Source of the DNA: Gemmatimonadales bacterium
GTDB taxonomy: Bacteria; Gemmatimonadota; Gemmatimonadetes; Gemmatimonadales; GWC2-71-9
Direction: 5' to 3'
Assembly: GCA_036390535.1 (NCBI GenBank)
Contig: DASWBQ010000105.1
Span: forward strand, 1-35,064
Length of the DNA stretch: 35,064 nt
The notes beneath the pieces were generated by a model. The model saw nothing but the letters and a program-made list of their open reading frames with translations. It had not been told where the DNA came from and searched no databases. Shown one piece after another: positions 16,301 to 24,895 of the stretch. How positions within the stretch are numbered: position 1 is the stretch's first letter; each line of letters starts with the position of its first letter. Made by a program: the position numbers and the translations under genes.

Positions 16301-16770
16301 CCGACCACCGCCAGGGTTGCCCGGCGCAGCCCTGCGGCCTCGATCCGGCGGCCGTCGTCGGAGTCACGCAACCGGCGGATCGCCTCGGCCACGACCCGGT
16401 CGGCCAGCGTGGGGGATGCCGGTGGGACCGTGCTCTTGACCTGCTCGAGCGCGGACACCAGAGCGGCTTCCAGCCCGGGTTCGTGCTCCTCGACGTAGAG
16501 GGCGACCTGTTCGTCGGAAACACGGCGGACCAGGGGGAAGATGGTCCAGCGGGCGAGCACGGCCACCAGCACCATCCACCCGACGACCCGCAGCGCCAGG
16601 ATGGTGGCGGCCGACAGTCCCGCGCCGGCCAGCCAGCCGCCGCCGGCCACAACCAGGACCAGCCCGGACAGGACGAGCGCGGTGGCGCCCTGCAGGATAC
16701 GGCGCGTCCGCCACCGGCGCCGGACCCGGCCAATCAGCGCGAGCAGATCCGTGCGACGATCCTGGCTCAA
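13357..16770 (-). CDS. giant membrane-anchored coiled-coil protein (DUF4175-like; tentative)
   Basis: Real part of the track ORF 13357-17571. I place the start at the TTG at 16770-16768, which overlaps the upstream TGA (TTGA). No ATG or GTG is available before the first TM helix. N-terminus: (M)SQDRRTDLLALIGRVRRRWRTRRILQG, then TM segments ATALVLSGLVLVVAGGGWLAGAG, ILALRVVGWMVLVAVLA and LAVVGAAGVAALAVVIG. A beta-rich middle is followed by a roughly 480-aa Q/R/E/A coiled coil with GGQ-rich linkers, ending ...RFRALVEEYYRSLAR. Confidence 0.75.
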   Translation of the reverse strand: MSQDRRTDLLALIGRVRRRWRTRRILQGATALVLSGLVLVVAGGGWLAGAGLSAATILALRVVGWMVLVAVLARWTIFPLVRRVSDEQVALYVEEHEPGLEAALVSALEQVKSTVPPASPTLADRVVAEAIRRLRDSDDGRRIEAAGLRRATLAVVGAAGVAALAVVIGPQALREAARALFLPWQEAVAESAYAVLVQPGDATVARGGDIEIEATLRGFSTDRVELLVRTGDDPEWQRLTMIAADSAGRYSFRLFDVTDRIEYLVDASGVQSRRYTLTAADLPTVANLAIELRYPAFTGQAPDRQEPGGDIVAPRGTTARFVVTPTIPVPAGRVVTEAGDTVALRPADDGNLDGTMRLERDGTWRIELQAAGGNWVEGSLTYRIDLLDDRGPTVVFKAPGRDMQATAVEEVFTEVEATDDHGIRRLELVFRVNGGEPRTVVLHDAARRLPSIQAGHTFFLEEYGLVPGDVVSYFARATDNGAGTGAIAATDIYFIRVRPFGKDYRQAEQRGAQQQSQMGGDSPDGLSEQQRQIISGTYKVERDGAARTEAVRREDLTTLALAQGKLRERVSGLVAQMAQRGAAGMDSTFAVVQKNLAAAVPLMSVAEVALGSQRPADALGPEEQALQHLQRAEEAFREVQVSMEQGQGGGGRGGQSQDAEDLADLFELETDKLRNQYETVERSGARQQEAQVDEVLERLRQLAARQQQENERARRAMEQLQQRAGQQGGGSQGSSGQRRMAQEAEELARQLERLAREQQSPELSEAARGLQQAADDMRRAAAGQQGGQTQGARAAERLSDATRRLEAGRNARTEQSIAEAGERASELAERQREIGRDLERALAGGRPAAGEAGRIAERKDSLAAEVERLEADLDRLGRETRATRPEAGRRLEQAAEGLRESRVEDRIRFSKNFLRGVPPEYARNFEEQVAVNLDSTAARIRTAGTALAGADSGRAGQQALDRARALVQGMESLRERAEGRSGGEARGGGPADGQTGERTESGSPGQPRDQAGGGRPGFVDPALARQLSRELRTRREAAESLAAELEAQGMDAADLERVSRAMRGLEGAAVFSDPSGLARLERDVLEPLRAFEYALRRQLGGVQDGQPVVAPGDQVPPRFRALVEEYYRSLARTRPQR

Positions 16771-18806
16771 GGTTCCCCCGTCGCTGGTGTCATGGTTCGA
16801 ACGTATCCCCGGATGCGGCTCCCCACCAATGTCTCCGCCGCCAGCGCCAATCCGACCGCCGCCAGGAGAAACCACCACACCCCCTGGCGGCGTTCCTGCT
16901 CGGTGCTGCTGGCCAGCTCCGCCACTGACGCGGCGGCGGTGGCGCTGTCGACCGCGCCGGCGGCGATGCCCAGGTCGGCGGGGTCCATCGAGTCGAGTCG
17001 GGCTTCCTCGGGATCGACGTTCGCCGCCACCAGGTCGAGCAAGCGGCCTCCGGCCCGCGCCTCCCGAATCTCGTAGAACCCCGCTTCGTCGAGCTGCAGC
17101 GCCAGGGGCTGGCCGCTGACTTCGCGCCGGGTGCGCTGTCCCGAAGGGCCCACGATCACCACCGCCTCGTTGCCGGCAAGCTGATCCAGTCCAACGGTGG
17201 CCACCTGGCCGACGACGTAGTTCGACGGCCGCTCGACATGGCGGGCGGCGTAGAGCGCCAGCTGGTGAACGAGGGGAAGAAAGACCGGCTGCAGCGGCAG
17301 GTCGCTCCAGGCGTTGTCCAGCGAAGCCGTCAGCACCAGCAGTCGGCCCCTGGCGACGCCCCGCTCCGCCACCGCCGCGGCACCATCCGAATAGCGGGCG
17401 GGAACGTCGAGGGAATCGCCGGTCAGGCCACGGTAGCGAAGGACCCGGGTGGCGCCGAAGTCGCCGGCACCCGGGGCGGAGAAGGGCTCGAACACAGGGT
17501 GATCTCGGCGCAGCGCACCGAAGGTCAGGGTGGCGGACTCGACGATCGGGCCGACCCGGAGTCCGGTCCACTCCGGCAGGCGCGCGGTTCCCTCGCCGAG
17601 AACGACGACGACCCCGCCGCCGTCCTCGAGAAACCGACGGAGCCGATCCCCCGAGGCGCCACCCGGCAACGACGCGTCGTGAAAGAAGACGACGTCCGCG
17701 GCATCGAGGTCGGCGGCGCGCAGCGGTGCGGTGCGGGTAGTCACCTCAACCCGCGGGGTGCCACTGATCGCGAGGGCGCGCTCGACGAAAGCCGATCCCC
17801 CATCCCCGCGGTCCACCAGGAGGACCCGCACCGGCCGAGGCGGGTTGGCGACGAAGCGCAGAGTGTCGTCAGCCGCCAGCGCGCCTCCCGGCTGGCGCAC
17901 GGCCACTCCGCGGGCGGGTAGATCGCCAAGGGTGACCGGGCCGAAGGTCGCCGTGCGACGTGCCCCTGTCGCCGGCGCCGAGCCGACGGAGCGGCCCTCG
18001 ACCGCCAGCGTGATCGTGGCCGCCGTGCTGGTGCTGTCGGCCGTCAGCTGGGTGGTGACCAGGACCCCCGGTCGGCCCGTCCGCGCCTCCTCGAGGAGCT
18101 CCACCTCACTGAAGCCCGCATTTGCCGCCGGGTCCCCGGCGACATCGACCATCCGGAAGGTCGTGCCCAGGGGCAGGGGCTCGATGACCTCGCCCCGCCA
18201 GCCGACGCGCTGGAAGTCGCTGATCAGGATCAGCGTCCGCTGGGGGCGCTCCGAGCCGGCCAGGAGGTCTCGCGCCGCCCGGAGTGCCACGGCATAGCGT
18301 GTCCCGCGCATCGATGGCGTGGCGGTCTCCAGCGCCGCGGCCACCAGGGCGCGATCGGTGGTGGGTCCCGCGGCCACTTCCGGGGCCGCGTCGAAGAGGA
18401 AGAGGGACACCCGATCGCCCGGCTGGAGGCCGGCCAGCACGGCGCGAGCCGAGTCGCGGGCATCCAGCCACCGAGCCGCTGCTCCCATGCTGGCGGAGCG
18501 GTCGAGGAGGATGACGACTTCACGCCGGTTGGCGTCCGCACCCGCGGCCGTGGCCCCACCCTCCGGGACGAAGGGGCGGGCGAATGCCAAGGCAAGGAGT
18601 GCCACCGCCAGAAGGCGGAGCAGGAAGAGGGGCCAGTGGTGAATCTGCTGGCGCCGTGCCTCCCGGAACGGAATCCGCCGAAGGAACATCAGTGACGGGA
18701 ACCGGACCGGATCCTTCCGCTCCCGATGGCGCAGGTGCACCACCAGCGGGATGGCCAGCGCCGTCAGACCGGCCAGAAAGAGCGGGACCAGGAACGCGAG
18801 CGGCAT
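16767..18806 (-). CDS. BatA-like membrane protein: N-terminal double-TM 'aerotolerance regulator' domain + vWA (MIDAS) domain + C-terminal TM anchor
   Basis: 679 aa. MPLAFLVPLFLAGLTALAIPLVVHLRHRERKDPVRFPSLMFLRRIP matches the BatA N-terminal double-TM domain. DxSxS motif in VILLDRSASMG. C-terminal TM VWWFLLAAVGLALAAETLV. Confidence 0.85.
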   Translation of the reverse strand: MPLAFLVPLFLAGLTALAIPLVVHLRHRERKDPVRFPSLMFLRRIPFREARRQQIHHWPLFLLRLLAVALLALAFARPFVPEGGATAAGADANRREVVILLDRSASMGAAARWLDARDSARAVLAGLQPGDRVSLFLFDAAPEVAAGPTTDRALVAAALETATPSMRGTRYAVALRAARDLLAGSERPQRTLILISDFQRVGWRGEVIEPLPLGTTFRMVDVAGDPAANAGFSEVELLEEARTGRPGVLVTTQLTADSTSTAATITLAVEGRSVGSAPATGARRTATFGPVTLGDLPARGVAVRQPGGALAADDTLRFVANPPRPVRVLLVDRGDGGSAFVERALAISGTPRVEVTTRTAPLRAADLDAADVVFFHDASLPGGASGDRLRRFLEDGGGVVVVLGEGTARLPEWTGLRVGPIVESATLTFGALRRDHPVFEPFSAPGAGDFGATRVLRYRGLTGDSLDVPARYSDGAAAVAERGVARGRLLVLTASLDNAWSDLPLQPVFLPLVHQLALYAARHVERPSNYVVGQVATVGLDQLAGNEAVVIVGPSGQRTRREVSGQPLALQLDEAGFYEIREARAGGRLLDLVAANVDPEEARLDSMDPADLGIAAGAVDSATAAASVAELASSTEQERRQGVWWFLLAAVGLALAAETLVGSRIRGYVRTMTPATGEP

Positions 18807-19720
18807 CAGCGGGTGCGGCTCAGTTCCTGGCGCCGGGCCAGGTAGGTGTAGAGGGCGTAGTCGAGCGGCCGCGACGTGTCGCAGAGCGCGTAGTCCACCC
18901 GGTTCGCCCCGAAATCCCGCTCGAGGCGGCCGACATGGTCGCGAACCAGTTCCCGATAGCGGGCGCGGAGGTCCTCGGGCACGACCGGCAGCCGGTCACC
19001 GGTCTCGAGGTCCTCGAAGGCGGAGGCCGATTCGAACGGGAACTCCAGCTCGGCGGGGTCGAGCAGGTGGAAGGCCAGCACGTCGGCGCCGGTGGCCCGC
19101 ACCAGCCCGATGGCATCGCGGACCCGGTCGGGTTCGTCGTAGAAGTCGGAGATGATGACGACCAGGCCGCGCCGGCCCAGCCGCTCGGCCACCTGGGTCA
19201 GCGGCCCGGCCACCCCCCCACCACCGCCAGGCACCAGCCGGTCGATCGCATGCAGCACCATGCGCAGGTGCCGGGTGGACGGTGGAATCCACTCCCGGAC
19301 CTCGCCATCGAAGAGGACCAGCCCGATCCGGTCGCGCTGTCTGGCGGAGAACCAGGCCAGGCAGGCGGCCAGGTAGCGGCCGTAGTCGAGCTTGCTGACC
19401 GCACCGCTGGCATAGGTCATCGACCGCGAGACGTCGAGGAGGATGGTGACGCGGGCGTTGGTCTCCGCCTCGTAGGTCTTGAGGTAGTACCGATCGGTAC
19501 GGCCGTAGAGGCGCCAGTCGATGCGGCGGATGTCGTCCCCCGGCATGTAGGGCCGGTGCTCGGCGAACTCCATCGAGAGCCCGAGCCGCGAGGACCGGTG
19601 CAGGCCGTGGAGGAATCCATCGACCACGGTGCGCGCCAGCAGCTCCAGGTTCCCGATCGTCGCGAGGACGGCCGGGTCGAGGAAGTCGCTGGCGGTGGGC
19701 TCCTGGCCGGTGGGGCGCAT
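18806..19720 (-). CDS. DUF58 protein (vWA-like, MoxR partner)
   Basis: The start is placed at the ATG at 19720, 2 nt after the moxR stop: MRPTGQEPTASDFLDP...HRSSRLGLSMEFAEHRPYMPGDDIRRIDWRLYGRTDRYYLKTYEAE...VTILLDVSRSMTY. This is the classical DUF58 signature with DxSxS. The track start at 19960 overlaps moxR and is rejected. Confidence 0.85.
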   Translation of the reverse strand: MRPTGQEPTASDFLDPAVLATIGNLELLARTVVDGFLHGLHRSSRLGLSMEFAEHRPYMPGDDIRRIDWRLYGRTDRYYLKTYEAETNARVTILLDVSRSMTYASGAVSKLDYGRYLAACLAWFSARQRDRIGLVLFDGEVREWIPPSTRHLRMVLHAIDRLVPGGGGGVAGPLTQVAERLGRRGLVVIISDFYDEPDRVRDAIGLVRATGADVLAFHLLDPAELEFPFESASAFEDLETGDRLPVVPEDLRARYRELVRDHVGRLERDFGANRVDYALCDTSRPLDYALYTYLARRQELSRTR

Positions 19721-19722
19721 GG

Positions 19723-20742
<1,020 letters not shown>

Positions 20743-20760
20743 GGGTTCGGGGTGCGGGCG

Positions 20761-21522
20761 CTACCGGGTGAGCGCGTAGATGACGTAGTTGACGCCGAGC
20801 TTATAGGCCTCGTTGGTCAGCTCGATGGGGGCGAAGTCGGTGTCCGACCACTCCCAGTACTCGGCGATGTCGTTGTTGTAGTTCACCATCACCATCAGCC
20901 GGCCCTCGGGGTCGTTGTCCTCGAAGATGCCATAGAACTCGGACGGCGCCCCATAATAGGGATGGGTCATCTCCAGCGACGCGATCCGGAAGAACGAGTC
21001 GAAGACCGGATGGCCGGCGTCGAGCCGTACCATCCGGTGGCCCGGCAGCACCCTGGCCATCTGGTCCTCGAAGTTGGACCACTGATTGCCGGCGAAATCG
21101 TCGATGATCAGGAACCCGCCCTTGCGGAGCCAGGCGCCCAGGGTGGCGACCTGGGCGTCGGTCGGCCGCCAGAAGCCGGGCTCGACCATGTAGGCGATCG
21201 GGTACTTGAACAGCTCCGGATCGTCGATGCGGAGGACGTTGCCCCCTCCCAGATAGGTCGGGACCAGACTGACTTCGCTGAGAATCTTCCCGAAGTGCAA
21301 CTCGGCGCGGTTGTAGTCGTGACTCCAGGCGTTCATGCTCCGTCGCCCGAAGCCCCCCAGCGGGTTGTCGTAGCGCAGCCGCACGAACGTGAATTTCCCA
21401 TCGTACGACACGTTGGGTTCGAGTTCCTGTCGCCCGGACTCCTGCATCTGGGCGGCGGCGAGCCCCACCCCTGCGGCGAGGAGCATCACCATTCCCAGCG
21501 TCGGCAGCATCCGGCGTGTCAT
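20761..21522 (-). CDS. exported DUF4159-family protein
   Basis: 253 aa. Signal peptide MTRRMLPTLGMVMLLAAGVGLAAAQ. Blocks FTFVRLRY, W.HDY..AE, LFKYPIAYMVEPGFW, GGFLIIDDF and YKLGVNYVIYALT fit my memory of DUF4159, a family normally found next to MoxR/DUF58. Confidence 0.8.
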   Translation of the reverse strand: MTRRMLPTLGMVMLLAAGVGLAAAQMQESGRQELEPNVSYDGKFTFVRLRYDNPLGGFGRRSMNAWSHDYNRAELHFGKILSEVSLVPTYLGGGNVLRIDDPELFKYPIAYMVEPGFWRPTDAQVATLGAWLRKGGFLIIDDFAGNQWSNFEDQMARVLPGHRMVRLDAGHPVFDSFFRIASLEMTHPYYGAPSEFYGIFEDNDPEGRLMVMVNYNNDIAEYWEWSDTDFAPIELTNEAYKLGVNYVIYALTR

Positions 21523-23981
21523 TGACCGCTCCCTCGCCGCTCGCGGATCCGGAGCAGCAGTTGTTGGGCAGGTTCGAAGGAAGGGGCCACCTCAAGGGCC
21601 CGCAGGACGCTGCGCCGGGCCTGGTCCAGGTCGCCCGCCTCGAACCAGGCGAGCGCCAGCTGATAGTATGCGTCCGCCCGGTCGGCCGGGGCGAGGGCCA
21701 GGACGGCCTGGCGCTCCCGCACCGCCTTCCGGTGGTCGCCAAGGCGGGCGTACAGCACGGCCAGCCGGGCGTGCAACCCGGCCTCGCGCGGGTCGATGAA
21801 GACCGCCCGCTCGAGAGCGGTGGCCGCCCCGCGGGCATCGCCACCCTGCTCGCGAAGCTCCGCCTCGGCGACGTTGGCGTCGTAGTCCGACTCGGCCAGC
21901 GCGGTGAGACGGCCCAGGGCCGCGGCGGCCGCCGCGCGGTCGCCACGCTCCCGGTACAGCCGGCCGAGCTCCCGGTCGGGACTGCCGCTCTCGACGTACT
22001 CCGGGAAGCGGGCGCGGGCCGACTCGTAGTGTCGCACCGCGTCGGCCGTCCGCCCGCTCCGGGCCAGCCCGGCGGCGGCACGCAAGTCCGCGACGAAGCT
22101 CCCGCCGCTGTCGCCCGCGACGGCGGCCAGTGGAGTGCGGAACCGGGTCCGGAGCCACTGGTCGAACTCGCGGTCGAACTGGGCCGCACCCACGCCGGTG
22201 CCGAGGGCGATGACGGTGTCGGTCGCCAGCCCGTCACGATATCCCTCCAACATCTTGCGGATGGCGGCGAAGCCTCGGGTCGATTCGATCATCTCGCAGA
22301 CCAGCGACGCCTGGTAGTAGGCGTGGCCGATCTGCTCGGGATAGGTGGGCCGCACGAAGCCGTCGTTCAGGCGGCTGACCGGGAGCAGCTTGCCGCCCTC
22401 GAGGGCCTTCAGGAAGCCGAGGGTGACGTTCGCGCCCCAGCCGGGACGGGCCCGGCGCTCCTCGAGCACGGACAGGCCTTCGGAGAACCATCGGGGGACC
22501 CGGTGGTTGGTCATCCCGAGAGTGAAGGTGTGAGCCAGCTCGTGCCAGAAGGTCGAGCCCCAGTTGAACTCCCCGCGCGGCCGGGCAGAGGGCGCGTCGA
22601 GCGCGACCACCGTGCCGAAGCTCACGCCCAGGGCGCCCAGGCCGGCGAGGCCGACGGTCCGGACGGAGAAGTCGGCGTGACGCCGGAAGAGCTCGACCTG
22701 GACCGGCGTGGCAGGACGGTAGCCATAGCGTGCCGCCAGCTGGTCATAGGCCGTCTCGGCCAACTCCGTCAGGTAGGGCGTCAGCAGGTCACTGTCCTCC
22801 GGAGCGGCAAGGAACCGGAACCGCGCCGACGTCGTGGTCCGGAACGAGCGCATGACGTCGAGGAGGTCGAGGGTGTTCTTGTACCACACGTTGAAGGGAT
22901 CGCGGCCAAAGGCGCGCTCCAGGTTGCCGCGACCTTCCGCCATGGCGCCGATCCGGAGCTGGTTGAGGCCGAGGATGCCCAGCGCCTCCGCGGAGGTCGA
23001 ATCGGCGGCGACGGCCCGGCGGCCCCACGCCACGGCCTCGCGGTAAAGCCGGTTCCTGGCGCTGACCTCGGCGATGGTGGTGTAGAACCCGGCCGGGCGC
23101 GGGTTGAGCCCGGTGGCGCGGCGGCGGTCCTCCTCGAATGCGGTGCTGTCACCCCGGAAGAGCCGGGCCGCACCCCGGACCGCCAGCGCCTCCTGGGCCG
23201 ATGGGTTCACCTCGAGGGCCCTGGTGGCCTCGGACTCCGCCTCGGCCCAGGCCTCCGCATCCAGGTGGCTCCTGGCCAGGGCCACCCTGCTGCCGACGAG
23301 ACTGGGGTTGGTGGCGAGACTCTGCCTGACCAGGGCGGCGGCCTCCGGGGAGCCCTCCGCCTGTCCGACCATCGCCTTGCCCAGCAGCGCCTCGGCGTTC
23401 CGTGGCTGGCGGCTGAGCACTTCCTCGAAGCTCTCGAGGGCATCGGGCCGGTTGTGCCGCTCCAGAAACAGCCAACCCACGGCGAGCCGGGGGGTGAAGT
23501 CGGTACTATCCGCGGCGATGGCTGCATCGTAGGCCCGGAGTGCCTCACGGTACCGGGAAGGCTCCTCGGGCCCCAGTGCCCGCAGCGCATCGCCCAGGAC
23601 GGTCCACTGGGCTGCGGTGAGGCGAGTCCCGGCCGTGCGGACCATCGCCCGGAGCCGATCGCGTCCTGCCCGCACCTCGCCCCGCTCGATCTCGAGCAGG
23701 CCCAGACGGACCTGTGCGATCATGGCCTGCGGGCCGGTGGTCACGCCCCGGTAGGCGCTCTCCGCCGCCGCCCGCCGCCCGCGCAGCTGGAGGACGTCGC
23801 CCAGGGCGATCTGCCAGGCCGAGCCCGACGCCGCGCTCCGGCGAGCCAGTGCCTCCGCCTCGGCGTACTTCCCGGTCCCGAGCAGGCGATGGTATTCGCC
23901 GAGGCCCTGGGCGGCCTGAAGGGCCGCCCCCGCGGGTGGGCCGGATGCCGCACCGAGCGCGAACACCAAGGCCAGGATCAT
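21519..23981 (-). CDS. exported TPR-repeat protein with an embedded HExxH zinc-metallopeptidase (Peptidase_MA-like) domain
   Basis: 820 aa. Signal-like MILALVFALGAASGPPAGAALQAAQ. TPR-like helical repeats on both sides. In the centre is FWHELAHTFTLGMTNHRVPRWFSEGLSVLEE (HELAH is the complement of 22530-22544, and a Glu follows 17 residues after the second His). Confidence 0.8.
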   Translation of the reverse strand: MILALVFALGAASGPPAGAALQAAQGLGEYHRLLGTGKYAEAEALARRSAASGSAWQIALGDVLQLRGRRAAAESAYRGVTTGPQAMIAQVRLGLLEIERGEVRAGRDRLRAMVRTAGTRLTAAQWTVLGDALRALGPEEPSRYREALRAYDAAIAADSTDFTPRLAVGWLFLERHNRPDALESFEEVLSRQPRNAEALLGKAMVGQAEGSPEAAALVRQSLATNPSLVGSRVALARSHLDAEAWAEAESEATRALEVNPSAQEALAVRGAARLFRGDSTAFEEDRRRATGLNPRPAGFYTTIAEVSARNRLYREAVAWGRRAVAADSTSAEALGILGLNQLRIGAMAEGRGNLERAFGRDPFNVWYKNTLDLLDVMRSFRTTTSARFRFLAAPEDSDLLTPYLTELAETAYDQLAARYGYRPATPVQVELFRRHADFSVRTVGLAGLGALGVSFGTVVALDAPSARPRGEFNWGSTFWHELAHTFTLGMTNHRVPRWFSEGLSVLEERRARPGWGANVTLGFLKALEGGKLLPVSRLNDGFVRPTYPEQIGHAYYQASLVCEMIESTRGFAAIRKMLEGYRDGLATDTVIALGTGVGAAQFDREFDQWLRTRFRTPLAAVAGDSGGSFVADLRAAAGLARSGRTADAVRHYESARARFPEYVESGSPDRELGRLYRERGDRAAAAAALGRLTALAESDYDANVAEAELREQGGDARGAATALERAVFIDPREAGLHARLAVLYARLGDHRKAVRERQAVLALAPADRADAYYQLALAWFEAGDLDQARRSVLRALEVAPSFEPAQQLLLRIRERRGSGQ

Positions 23982-24895
23982 GGCTTGGCCTCCGTGCGGC
24001 GGCGAATCGCCTGACTGGTCTCGGCCAGGGCCACCAGGAGGTCCTCGAGGGCCCGTTCATATGCGGTGGAGTCCATCGTCGCGCGGCGGCCGCGCAGGCG
24101 GGTCACTTCGGCCTCGAGAGATCGCCGGCGGTCCAGCAGGCGCGCCAGCGCGGTGTCCCCGGCCGCGGCGGAGACCACGGAGCCCGGCGCGGCGAAGGCG
24201 AACTCCCGGGCAAGGGCCGAGTCGGTGATTCGCGCATGCTCGGTCCGGAGCCGGTTCCCGGTCTCGTACTCGCGGGCGACCTCGCGGTCGGCGAAGAGGA
24301 ACGCCTCGAGGAGCGAGAGTTCGCCGTCCTTGTCGGCGTCGGCGGACTCGCCGCTGAACGCCCGGGCGAACGCCGCACCGAACCGGGTCTCGTTCCGCTC
24401 GAAGCCGGACTTCGTGGCGGTGATGACCAACCGGTTCCGGGCAGCGAGGGCGTCCGCGAACCCGCCGCTGGCGCTGGCAGCGATGACCAGGGCCACCGGC
24501 CCCGGCCAGGCGTCCACCATGGCGCCGAGTTCGCCGGCGGATAGATCGGGGCCAGGAAGGTTCAGCCGGGGCTCGCCCTGGTCCGACCCGTGGCCGAGGT
24601 AGACGATCACGAGCCGGTCTCCCGGGCTGGCCGTCAGCAGGGATCGGGCGACTTCCTCGGCCAGCCGGGCCCTGGTGGCGCTTCCGGCCGGCCGGCCCTG
24701 CGCGCGCGCCGAGTCCCCCGAGAGCCAGGTGATTCGCTGGGGGGCGACGCCATGCCGCTGCAACCCCGTGATGAGCTCCTGGGCCTGCCGCGAGAACGCG
24801 GCGATGTAGGCCGGCTCGCCACCCACGCCGGTCACCACCACGACCCGAGGCCCCGGCACCTGCGCAACGGCGACGGCGAGCAGGAGCCGGATCAT
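23978..24895 (-). CDS. exported legumain/caspase-fold (clan CD, C13-like) protein with Ser at the nucleophile position, plus a C-terminal coiled coil
   Basis: The start is the ATG at 24895, in an ATGA overlap with the upstream stop: MIRLLLAVAVAQVPGPRVVVV... LVIVYLGHGSDQG (the His codon is the complement of 24590-24592). 39 residues later comes ALVIAASASGGF (the Ser codon is the complement of 24473-24475), then NRLVITAT. Compare legumain ...TDHG...(41 aa)...IEACESGS...INVYATTA (from memory). Confidence 0.7.
   Translation of the reverse strand: MIRLLLAVAVAQVPGPRVVVVTGVGGEPAYIAAFSRQAQELITGLQRHGVAPQRITWLSGDSARAQGRPAGSATRARLAEEVARSLLTASPGDRLVIVYLGHGSDQGEPRLNLPGPDLSAGELGAMVDAWPGPVALVIAASASGGFADALAARNRLVITATKSGFERNETRFGAAFARAFSGESADADKDGELSLLEAFLFADREVAREYETGNRLRTEHARITDSALAREFAFAAPGSVVSAAAGDTALARLLDRRRSLEAEVTRLRGRRATMDSTAYERALEDLLVALAETSQAIRRRTEAKP

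Noticed and set aside
14278-17076. 932-aa + strand ORF
   Set aside because: It is fully antisense to the DUF4175-like gene and the BatA-like gene and crosses their junction. Its composition is dominated by L/G/R/P/A with no domain signature. High-GC antisense artefact.
16771-17571. N-terminal extension of the 1404-aa track ORF (13357-17571, -)
   Set aside because: It overlaps the BatA-like gene in another frame and is an Arg/Pro/Gly-rich nonsense-like sequence. The real protein starts at the TTG at 16770, just before its first TM helix.
21516-24014. 832-aa + strand ORF
   Set aside because: It is exactly antisense to the TPR-HExxH gene, which has a signal peptide, TPR periodicity and a zincin motif. 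The + frame product is low-complexity G/R/P/A/E.
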